A stretch of DNA of 35,657 nt, taken from the NCBI GenBank assembly GCA_038749615.1, contig JBCDHV010000001.1, forward strand, positions 1 through 35,657, read 5' to 3'. The position numbers were made by a program, and so were the translations under genes. The stretch is from Bacteroidota bacterium. GTDB taxonomy: Bacteria > Bacteroidota > Rhodothermia > Rhodothermales > DATKEJ01. Positions 1 to 7,692 of the stretch are shown one piece after another. The notes under the pieces are model-generated. The model was not told the DNA's origin and made no database searches. It was given only the letters and a program-made list of their open reading frames with translations. Position 1 is the first letter of the stretch. Each line of letters begins with the position of its first letter.

Positions 1-245
1 CCGGTCTGCGAAAAGCAAAATGAGAGGTGTGTTGTGCCGGCAGGGGGATGAGTATTTAATGGATAGCCAGACTGGGCTTCCGTTCCCTGTGGGCCTATGC
101 ATTCTATCGATTCTGTATCTAGGTGCCGGATTTTAGCCGTTGGGGCACATCAGGTTATGTGCCTTCGCGAAAAAGCGTTGCCCAGATGTTGCAAAAACGT
201 GCCGGATTCGGCTGGTTTTGAGCCTGGTGGCACTCAGAAACCGGT

Positions 246-1550
246 CTAGGCCGGTAGACCAGCCCTCGGCGAAAAGAGGAAGTCCGAGATCGAGGCCGGA
301 TCGCTTGCAAGCGCCCGGGTCTCGGTTTCGCTCAGGTGTGGGCAGTGCCACGCGAGCACGGCCGCACGCTTGCCCACCGGGTCGGCCTGGAGCCGCCGGC
401 GAGCCTGTTTGACGTAGGCCGCCGTCTGGTTGATGTTCGAGTGCCCGAGCTGGTCGGCGATGTCGAAGGCGGAGAAGGCGAGGTCGGCGAGATCCGTCGC
501 GTAGCCGTCGCGCAACTGGTGAAAGCTCGTGTCCGTGAGGCCTGCGAGTTGCCGGCAGCGCGCGAAAGCATTGGTGAGGGTTGGGGCCGGCACGCGCGTT
601 CGGTTCTCGCGCATGAAGACCGGGGCCATCGGATCGTCAGCTGGCATCCGCTCCATCTCCGTGCGAAGCGCGAGGGCGGCACGCGGAGAGAGCAGGACAT
701 CGCGCTCGCGGGCGACTTTGGTCACAAACGACTCCGGACGCAGCTCGCCAGCGCGCACGTACGGGCTTGACTCTCGGCTCCAGTGGCGCACCTGCACGTA
801 GCCCGATGCGTGGCCGGCGAAGAAGACGCTCCCTCGGTTCAGAAACACCAGCTCGCTGCGGCGCAGACCAGTCGCACGAGCGACCTCGAAGGCCGCTTGG
901 AGGACAGGCCGGTCGAGACGCTCGTAGATGCGGCGGAAGTCGGCGAGCGAAACCGGTCGGTTCTTCTTCGACTGCACGCTCCGGCGCTCGAGCAAGCTGG
1001 AGCCGGTCAGGTAGTCCGCCTGAAACGCCTTGGCCGGGTTCGTGTCGCACCAGCCCTTGCGAACGGCGATCTCGAAGAGCTGCCGCACGCAGCGGCTGTA
1101 GGTCGCGATCGTGTGCGCGCTGCGAGGCGTTCCGAGCAGCCACTCGCGCACGTGTTGAGCGGTGACGTGGCGCACCGGCGTGTCAGCACCAGCGGGGAGA
1201 CGAGCGCACAGGCTCCGGAACGCGGTCTGCCGGGCTTTCAGGCTCGCCGGCCGCTGGCGCTGAAAATACCGATTCGTCTCCTCGTGCACCTGGGCCAGGG
1301 AGACGGACTTCTTGACGGGATTCCACGGATCGTAGTCGCCGCGGAGCCAGTCGAGCTTGAGTTTGCGGTACTTCTCGACGGCAAACTCGATGTCGTGCTG
1401 CGAGATGTCGCCGAGGTCGACTTCGCCCATGCGCCGGCGTACCCGTACCGGGTGGCGGTCTGGATCCTCGAACGTACCGTAAATCAGGTTGCCTTGCCGG
1501 CCGCGGTAGAGCATGCCGCGGGGCAGTTTGGGGCGTTTCGTCTTTCCCAT
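246..1550 (-). CDS. int: Tyrosine recombinase / phage integrase
   Basis: Lies in ORF 246..1604; I start it at the ATG of MGKTKRPKLP (1550). Catalytic-domain motifs are TGLRRSELVFL (Arg), HQLRDGYATDLA (HxxR) and LGHSNINQTAAYV (His...Tyr). Confidence 0.9.
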   Translation of the reverse strand: MGKTKRPKLPRGMLYRGRQGNLIYGTFEDPDRHPVRVRRRMGEVDLGDISQHDIEFAVEKYRKLKLDWLRGDYDPWNPVKKSVSLAQVHEETNRYFQRQRPASLKARQTAFRSLCARLPAGADTPVRHVTAQHVREWLLGTPRSAHTIATYSRCVRQLFEIAVRKGWCDTNPAKAFQADYLTGSSLLERRSVQSKKNRPVSLADFRRIYERLDRPVLQAAFEVARATGLRRSELVFLNRGSVFFAGHASGYVQVRHWSRESSPYVRAGELRPESFVTKVARERDVLLSPRAALALRTEMERMPADDPMAPVFMRENRTRVPAPTLTNAFARCRQLAGLTDTSFHQLRDGYATDLADLAFSAFDIADQLGHSNINQTAAYVKQARRRLQADPVGKRAAVLAWHCPHLSETETRALASDPASISDFLFSPRAGLPA

Positions 1551-1555
1551 AGGTA

Positions 1556-1593
1556 TGTGTGCGTTTGATGTCTGATGATAACAAACGCACACA
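1556..1593. promoter_or_regulatory. Perfect 12-bp inverted repeat (TGTGTGCGTTTG-N14-CAAACGCACACA) in the int / dprA-like divergent intergenic region
   Basis: Arms at 1556-1567 and 1582-1593 are exact reverse complements. The repeat sits 6 nt upstream of the int start codon on the minus strand. Confidence 0.45.
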
Positions 1594-1608
1594 AATGATT
1601 GCACAGGT

Positions 1609-2820
1609 GTGCCGGCTTCGTTTGGCCGGACGGTTACTCAGATGTATAATTCGGCAATGGTCCAACCCGTCACCACATTGAGCGCTTCAGCAGACAAAAA
1701 CGGACTGCAGATTGGCCTTTTCGACGATGCGGAAGGGCTTCGAGCAGGCTTGCTAGGCTTGTCACAGACCCCAGGGGTCGGCTTGCAGTCGCTCAAGAAG
1801 CTTTACCGCACTGGCTTTTTTCTCGGATTGCCATCCGCTCCAGTTGAGGATCTTGTTGAGCGGGCTGTAAAGGTTCTCTCTGGGGCGAGCTTGGAAGGTG
1901 TACGAGAAGCACTTGGCAACAGAGAGAAGGTCATGCAGCGAGGCCGCAAGGTGCTCGGTGAGCTTCGTGCTGCTGAAATTCATGTCACTTTTGAACACGA
2001 GAAGTCGTTTCCTCGCCGTCTTCGAGACCTAGCTGAGCCTCCGCTTTGGATTTTTTACAGAGGAAGCTTGAAAGCGATATGGTCCAGAACCGCAGTCGCG
2101 CTCATAGGCACGAGAAGCCCCTCCGATTTTGGGGCCCGGCTAGCTTTAAACTGTGGATTTCATCTAGCTACGCGTGGCCATGTGGTTCTCTCGGGTCTTG
2201 CCCGGGGCATTGATCAGGCAGCGCACGAAGGGTGTCTGGAGGCAGGCGGCATCACCGTTGCTGTTCTGGCACAGGGACTTGCTTCGGATCTGTCAAGTAC
2301 AGCCAAATCGCTTGCCAACGAGGCAGTTGCAAACGAAGGAGCAGTCGTCTCTGAGTATTTGCCTTTTGATCCGCCTAACCGGTCAGCTTTTCTGCGTCGC
2401 AACGAGATTATTGCCGCTCTCGCTCGCTTGGTTGTGCCCGTTGAGTATCCGGAAGTCCAGAGTGGGACCGGTGCTACCGTTCGGCGAGCAATGGCGATAA
2501 AGCGTCCGTTGGCCGGAATTTCGAGCAGTCGCTTCGAAGGGCCAGCATCTGAAGCGACTCAACGCAACTTGAGGAGCGCAGGCATTACAGTCTACGATCT
2601 CCATAACGGCGAGGCTGAGCGCTTCTGGACGCATGTAGCGAAGCTCGTGGATGCTCGCGAGGCAGCCGAGAACAGACGAACTTTGCTTGGCCGGCGTGCT
2701 GAGCATTTTGCCCGCCTGCTTGCAATCGAGGCTAAGTCGCGCTCCATGGATCCAGGCGAAATCGATTCGTTCTTGGATCTTCTTACGAAAGCAGTTCGGA
2801 GGAGCATTGCCGGTGATTAA
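1609..2820 (+). CDS. DprA/Smf-like (SLOG Rossmann) protein; ShosA-like
   Basis: Motifs match the DprA Rossmann core: LIGTRSPSDFGARLA...VVLSGLARGIDQAAHEG...GITVAVLAQGL...SEY...FLRRNEIIAAL. An N-terminal HhH/SAM-like LGLSQTPGVGLQSLKKL is also present. The start is uncertain (GTG 1609, ATG 1642 or ATG 1657). Confidence 0.8.
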   Translation: MPASFGRTVTQMYNSAMVQPVTTLSASADKNGLQIGLFDDAEGLRAGLLGLSQTPGVGLQSLKKLYRTGFFLGLPSAPVEDLVERAVKVLSGASLEGVREALGNREKVMQRGRKVLGELRAAEIHVTFEHEKSFPRRLRDLAEPPLWIFYRGSLKAIWSRTAVALIGTRSPSDFGARLALNCGFHLATRGHVVLSGLARGIDQAAHEGCLEAGGITVAVLAQGLASDLSSTAKSLANEAVANEGAVVSEYLPFDPPNRSAFLRRNEIIAALARLVVPVEYPEVQSGTGATVRRAMAIKRPLAGISSSRFEGPASEATQRNLRSAGITVYDLHNGEAERFWTHVAKLVDAREAAENRRTLLGRRAEHFARLLAIEAKSRSMDPGEIDSFLDLLTKAVRRSIAGD

Positions 2821-3952
2821 GCTACTCGTCACCGATGGAGACGGAACCCTATTCGCTCCGAGTGAAGCGGACTACCTGGGCGATTTTCGTGTATGGCTAA
2901 GGCAAGAAGGGATTGCGCTTGGGGTTGCTAGCAATGGACAGCGAGGAGTGATTCTCCGCCGGTTTGCCGACCACGGGATTAGTCCTCCAGACTACATCGT
3001 CACTCGGGCAGATGTGGGCAATAAAAAAAAGCCGAGCCCTGCTTTTGTTGATAAGCTGATGGAACAGGCAGGCGTAGAGCCAAGAGAGACTGCTTACATT
3101 GGAGATGACGAGAGAACGGATAACTATTTGGCTATCAATTCGCGAGTCATGCCACTGCTGGCAAGGTATTCGGAGGGCTACAGTGGCAAGTACGCATTTC
3201 CGATTAGCTCGCTTTATGGGTTGAAGCGTTTCTTAGAGGTCTTCGGCCGTCAGCCTGCTCCCTACTTTGGGTGGGTGTGCAAGAGTGACAACTATGACTT
3301 CCGCGCTGTAATCAGCCAGCACTCCCGCATAGGAAGCCAAATGCGAGCGGTTCTCAAGGAGCACCGCGACGTGCAAGTGGGTCCGGGAATGAGCCTGCGA
3401 CCCCTGCTGTTCTACTACACACTTTCGCAGTGCTACTTGAGTGGTGCACACGATGGGAAACGACTCATCGCCGTCTATCCTGGCAGTCAACCCAAGCGGC
3501 CCAACTCCACGCTGGCTGAGTTTGGTGAACTTTTCGACCTGACCTCGCAATCCAACTACCTTACAGATCTCCTAATCCGTGAGAAACCCGCCCCAGAACA
3601 GAAGAAGGCTGGAGTCCGGCGGTCGTTTGGTCCGCAGCTCGAGACCGTTCGCCTAAACGATGCGCACAAGAGGAGAATCAGTGGAAAGAGCGTGTTGGTA
3701 CTCGACGACTACACAACGTCTGGCGTGAGTCTGGCTGTCGCCCATGCACTTCTCAAGCAAGCAGGAGCAAGCAAAGTGATCGGCGTAGCCATCGGTAAAT
3801 TCCGAAACAAGCAGCGCGTCGTGAAGCTGCCGGCGAGCTACGACCCCTTCCGTGTCATGTCAGCTGGCACCAGGCTTGAAGAGGACGTACTCGATGGCGT
3901 GCAGCACGCCGAAGCTGATCAGCATTTCTACGACCGGGTCATTTCCGCGTGA
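2813..3952 (+). CDS. HAD-like phosphatase domain fused to a phosphoribosyltransferase (PRTase) domain; ShosT-like
   Basis: GTG 2813 is preceded by GGAGGAG and overlaps the upstream stop (GTGATTAA). HAD motifs are VTDGDGTL (DxDxT), GVASNG, KKPSP and YIGDDERTD. The C-terminal PRPP loop is SVLVLDDYTTSGVSL. Confidence 0.75.
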   Translation: MIKLLVTDGDGTLFAPSEADYLGDFRVWLRQEGIALGVASNGQRGVILRRFADHGISPPDYIVTRADVGNKKKPSPAFVDKLMEQAGVEPRETAYIGDDERTDNYLAINSRVMPLLARYSEGYSGKYAFPISSLYGLKRFLEVFGRQPAPYFGWVCKSDNYDFRAVISQHSRIGSQMRAVLKEHRDVQVGPGMSLRPLLFYYTLSQCYLSGAHDGKRLIAVYPGSQPKRPNSTLAEFGELFDLTSQSNYLTDLLIREKPAPEQKKAGVRRSFGPQLETVRLNDAHKRRISGKSVLVLDDYTTSGVSLAVAHALLKQAGASKVIGVAIGKFRNKQRVVKLPASYDPFRVMSAGTRLEEDVLDGVQHAEADQHFYDRVISA

Positions 3953-4015
3953 GATACTGAGACAAAAAAGCCTCTCTTGTCAGGATAGTGAAACCCCCAC
4001 CGTTATCTGGACAGA

Positions 4016-4459
4016 TCAATCCAAGAAGGGCGGTTGGTTCCAGTGGCGGCCCACTGCACCCTCACTCCATTTTGGTAGCTTTCTTCCCTGATAGATTGCC
4101 ACGAGATCGTTTCCACAGGTAGACGTATAAGATTTTCCTTTGTGATCTTCGTACGTAGACCCGATTCCTGTTGTGTTTACGTGGCCAAGCCACTTGAGCA
4201 AAAATACAGACCCTTTGGCCATTGGCGGGATTCGCACAGGATTAAACCAGGATCCGGAGGGGTTCTTCTGAGCCACTACAACGTTGAGTGCGGGACCGTT
4301 TCCTATGTTATGGATACGCCAACCGGTATCTCCGTCATATTCTATTGAGAGCACGGGTACTATCCGAGACCTGAACGAGCGAAGCGTCTGCCAAAATGAG
4401 AGAGCAAACGAAACAAGTGAGAGGATAAAAGCAGGAGCAATCAAGGTCTCGAAATCCAT
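4016..4459 (-). CDS. Small membrane-anchored protein (N-terminal TM helix plus beta-rich domain), unknown function
   Basis: 147-aa ORF in low-GC DNA. The N-terminal hydrophobic helix is LIAPAFILSLVSFALSFW. It is convergent with the PRTase gene. Confidence 0.55.
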   Translation of the reverse strand: MDFETLIAPAFILSLVSFALSFWQTLRSFRSRIVPVLSIEYDGDTGWRIHNIGNGPALNVVVAQKNPSGSWFNPVRIPPMAKGSVFLLKWLGHVNTTGIGSTYEDHKGKSYTSTCGNDLVAIYQGRKLPKWSEGAVGRHWNQPPFLD

Positions 4460-4517
4460 CTTTTTTGGACAGGTCGTGCTAGGTACAAGCGAGATCGCCC
4501 GCCGGCTTCGCCTTTAA

Positions 4518-4540
4518 CCGGCAGCGTCCGGGGCTGCCGG
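4518..4540 (-). terminator. GC-rich hairpin (8-bp stem CCGGCAGC/GCTGCCGG, 7-nt loop) downstream of the HD-GHKL gene
   Basis: The stem was read directly from the sequence. The flanking U-tract is weak on both strands, so a terminator function is tentative. Confidence 0.3.
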
Positions 4541-4764
4541 GTTTCGGCCAGCAAGCGTGCATCGTTCGCTAGCTCGCTGATGGGCTCAGCGTTGCCCTCG
4601 TGTCCGTGGAGCCGGCTCGTGACAGTCTCTGCTGAGGGGAGCGACGTGAAGTGGCATGTCTCGCTCCTCTGGTACCGGCGCTGTAGATGCCGGCGGGTCT
4701 CGGGCGTAATTCTGTTTGCCAGCTTGTGGCTAAAAAAGCAGCTATCCCAACGTTGGGTGGTGGT

Positions 4765-7389
4765 TCAGTTTTCGGAGTTTAATATCCTATTTAAGTCTAG
4801 AACACCGAATGCATACCATTTGTGCCGCGTACTTGCAGACACTTCATCCATGGGCCTCACACGCCAATCGATCTGATGCGACAAATCTTCGATGTGGACC
4901 GAGAGGACGCGAGCTGCCTCTTCAAGGAAAAAGTCGAACAAAAGGTTTTTGTTGGTTTTAGGCAGTTGCTTTGTATTCATGCCGTCAGGGGAATTTCCAA
5001 ACGATTCCACATCGTCATTTGAACTTTGAGTAGCCTTCCATTGATGTTCAATTATCAAGACGTTGTCCGGGATCGGGATGAACACTGGCGCTTGATTTGA
5101 GACGAAAAACGGGTGTACAAAAACTATCTCTTCGTGCTGCAGAAAATCTGAAATGTTGGATTTACATATGGCGCCAGAACGTGTAAGCGCGAATGCTAAA
5201 TCGCCTATGTCGCCTCCAAAGGCGCTAATTTTTTCTGCTACCTCGATCTGCGTGCGAATCGGAAGACGTAAAGCCTCAGCGAGGCGGGCTTGCTCGGTAG
5301 CCCATGTTGCATAAATGGTCATATCTCCCATTAGCGCAGCCTGATTTCTGGCGGCTACACTCGGCACACTCTTTAGCACGCCCTGAAACTGAAGCGAATC
5401 GGACGCTCTGAATCCCCCAGTGGTAAGCAAGCCCCTGTCAGCGGATCTGGAGCTCGCGTTGCCGTCCTCGTCCTCATCAAAGAATGTAGGAATAGCAATG
5501 CATGCTCTTCCTAAATTGTCATCCAAGATGCGCAGTCGTGCCCCGTCTCTATCACGCTCCTTTTGGATTGACCCGCCAGAGTCGATCCGGTCAAGCAGAG
5601 TCTGCCCCTCAATACTGAGCCAGTCGTTTGCTTTCACCGCAAGAGTCAATTCGCCCTCATCGGCGTAGAGGTCGACATCCAAAGTTGGGCAAAGCCATGC
5701 GCAACATTGTGCAAGCGTGAATGTGGAGTGTCGCGCACGCGCAACTAAGAGTCCCGAATTCGCCGGCGACAGGCCATCGCGAAACCACACCCTGACGACT
5801 GTACCGGCATCAAGCAGTTCAGGTGTGACGTTGCCGGTTTTCAGAATAGGCCGGGTCCCGAGACCACCGGTAAATTCCAGTGTGAGCGTCTCGCTGCTTG
5901 CGCGGTCCGGCCGGCGTGTGACAACCCGGACGTGGTCACCCCACATGAAGACGGAGAAGAAACCAATGCCAAACTGGCCGGTGGCCTCAAACCCCTTGCG
6001 CTCCAAGCCGGGCAGCTCCGCATGCATGAGCGACGATCCCCAGAACGAGGTGCTAAAATCCAAAAAGGGTCCCGTCAGCACGTCGACCGACATACCGATA
6101 CCTGTGTCCTTAACCTCAAGCCAGTGGCCGTCGTCGTCTTGGCCAGTGTGGACGACGATGTGCCCCCAGTCGTTTTCTCTGGATTCGAGCAGCCGCCGGG
6201 CACGCACGGCGTCGGCTGCGTTCTGAATCAGCTCACGGAGAGGGACCGTAGGGCTGTCTCCGTAGAGTTTCTCGCCCCCCAAGGCAGAGATGAGGGAAAC
6301 GACATCACTCACCTGCACGCGGGCGTCGACGGGCAGCCAGCCGTTTGTGCGGACGAGCTGCGCGAGGCTTTCGGGGGCGTCGGTGTAGGCGACGCTCCGA
6401 GCTGCTAGCCGAGGCCGGTCCGTGTCGGCAAGCAGCGTGTCGGTTCGGCGCAACTCTTGGTCGACCATGCGGAGCGTGTCCGCGCAGAGCCACCACGCCT
6501 CTGCCTGGGCTTCCTCGAAATCGCTGCTCGAGGTGTACTCGAGCCGGTCTCTTTCGAGCCTGGGCTGATTGAGTTTGGCCTGAAACGTCCAGTGATCCGC
6601 GCTGTAGCCTTCAGGCCGGCGGAGCGCGTGAAGGAAGGGATCTGCCCGCCGCTTGTCCAGGTGGCTGGCGTCGGCCGTGCGGAGCATACAGGCGAGCTTG
6701 ACGGGATCGATCGTCCACCTCCTATTGAATCCCCCAGGCGCTCCTATTCTCGAGGGGAAGCCCCTTGCGATCTGATCGATAGGCCACCAATGGCTGTGGG
6801 CGATCCGGCCGATCAGCGAGCCGTAGCTGCTCCGGAGGTTCGCATCCTCAATCAGGTGGAGGGTGCCGCCGGCCGGGTCTGGCCACGAGACGAGCGCGAG
6901 CCGCTCGGCCTGCTCAGCGTGCCGCATCCGCAGCACGTGCTCGGTTGCGCGCTGGGCGATCTCAGCCGGCGGATCCTTGATCTGCTCCTCGGTAGCCGGC
7001 CGGCCGTGTTCGCGCCGGAGCATGCCGGCCACCGTGTCGAGCCAGAGGTCCGAGCTCTTCAGCTCCTCAATGCCGGCCGGGTAGGCAGCCAATCCCAGGC
7101 CGAGGTCGTGGATCAGGAAGGCGCCGCCGAGCACGTACGCCTCAGCCGGGGTGATGGGGTAATCGTCGCCGGCGATCAGGTCTGCCATCTCCCAGAGCGC
7201 GTCGATGTGCGTGATATCGTGGACCGTGAAGTCGGGGAGGTCACGACCGATCTCGGCAGCCAGCGTGGCGGCTCGCTCTCTGAAGCGCTCGAAGCTGGTA
7301 CGCAGGCGAGTGCGGTTGCTCTCTTCAGGGTCGCCCGTCCGCTGGGCCAGCGTTCTGTGCCAGAGATTCGTGTTCGCGTACCGGGACAT
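4765..7389 (-). CDS. HD-domain plus GHKL (Hsp90/MORC-type) ATPase protein, 874 aa
   Basis: The N-terminal HD-type dyads are FTVHDITHIDALW and AFLIHDLGLG. The central Bergerat fold shows LRELIQNAADA (N box), EVKDTGIGMS (G1) and TGQFGIGFFSVF (G2). Confidence 0.85.
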   Translation of the reverse strand: MSRYANTNLWHRTLAQRTGDPEESNRTRLRTSFERFRERAATLAAEIGRDLPDFTVHDITHIDALWEMADLIAGDDYPITPAEAYVLGGAFLIHDLGLGLAAYPAGIEELKSSDLWLDTVAGMLRREHGRPATEEQIKDPPAEIAQRATEHVLRMRHAEQAERLALVSWPDPAGGTLHLIEDANLRSSYGSLIGRIAHSHWWPIDQIARGFPSRIGAPGGFNRRWTIDPVKLACMLRTADASHLDKRRADPFLHALRRPEGYSADHWTFQAKLNQPRLERDRLEYTSSSDFEEAQAEAWWLCADTLRMVDQELRRTDTLLADTDRPRLAARSVAYTDAPESLAQLVRTNGWLPVDARVQVSDVVSLISALGGEKLYGDSPTVPLRELIQNAADAVRARRLLESRENDWGHIVVHTGQDDDGHWLEVKDTGIGMSVDVLTGPFLDFSTSFWGSSLMHAELPGLERKGFEATGQFGIGFFSVFMWGDHVRVVTRRPDRASSETLTLEFTGGLGTRPILKTGNVTPELLDAGTVVRVWFRDGLSPANSGLLVARARHSTFTLAQCCAWLCPTLDVDLYADEGELTLAVKANDWLSIEGQTLLDRIDSGGSIQKERDRDGARLRILDDNLGRACIAIPTFFDEDEDGNASSRSADRGLLTTGGFRASDSLQFQGVLKSVPSVAARNQAALMGDMTIYATWATEQARLAEALRLPIRTQIEVAEKISAFGGDIGDLAFALTRSGAICKSNISDFLQHEEIVFVHPFFVSNQAPVFIPIPDNVLIIEHQWKATQSSNDDVESFGNSPDGMNTKQLPKTNKNLLFDFFLEEAARVLSVHIEDLSHQIDWRVRPMDEVSASTRHKWYAFGVLDLNRILNSEN

Positions 7390-7692
7390 CGGCTCTCGCT
7401 CTGCTAAGTTGGTGGGACGTGTTGCGGCCGGCCCGTTGGTGGTGTGGCTAGTCGGCTTGGTAGGGGAGGGACGTCCAGCGGCACCACCTCAGCTACTCCT
7501 CGTCCGGCGCCGGCATCTTGTATTTCGGCCTGAGACAGACAGAGCCGTGTGTTGGCTTGGGCGACTAGTCTGGTGGAGCCGAAAAGCTAAGGTGTCCGAA
7601 TGAGCCCGGGTTCCATCCAATGAGGCACAGCGTTAATCAGACAAAAGTAGACTTCGGATCGTAATCAATAACGCTACAAGTGAGGCAGTAGT

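Noticed and set aside
1-245. Possible tRNA or tmRNA integration target next to the integrase
   Set aside because: I could not build a cloverleaf. There is no GTTCGAATC-type T-loop. The GGCT-N7-AGCC hairpin at about 221-235 has only a 4-bp stem, and the loop lacks U33.
332-1665. Multiple long ORFs in other frames or the opposite strand across the integrase gene (e.g. 783..1568 +, 637..1143 -, 1183..1665 -)
   Set aside because: They fully overlap a gene with clear integrase motifs. Their translations are Arg/Ala/Pro-rich low-complexity sequence, typical of stop-poor alternative frames in ~65% GC DNA.
2651-2812. The 5-prime extension of ORF 2651..3952 overlapping the DprA-like gene by 170 nt
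   Set aside because: The extension encodes no recognisable sequence. GTG 2813 has a GGAGGAG SD and places the start right at the HAD DxDxT motif, with a typical stop/start overlap.
3953-4015. A bidirectional terminator between the convergent PRTase and TM-protein genes
   Set aside because: Only 4-bp complementary segments were found around an A-run, and there is no convincing stem.
4580-4876. 98-aa plus-strand ORF in the gap between the small TM gene and the HD-GHKL gene
   Set aside because: It runs into the 3-prime end of the HD-GHKL gene on the opposite strand. It is Cys/Arg/Trp-rich with no SD, and is probably a non-coding high-GC remnant.
6457-7407. 316-aa plus-strand ORF opposite the HD-GHKL gene
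   Set aside because: It lies in the high-GC part of a gene with strong domain motifs on the other strand. It has no motifs and a skewed composition.
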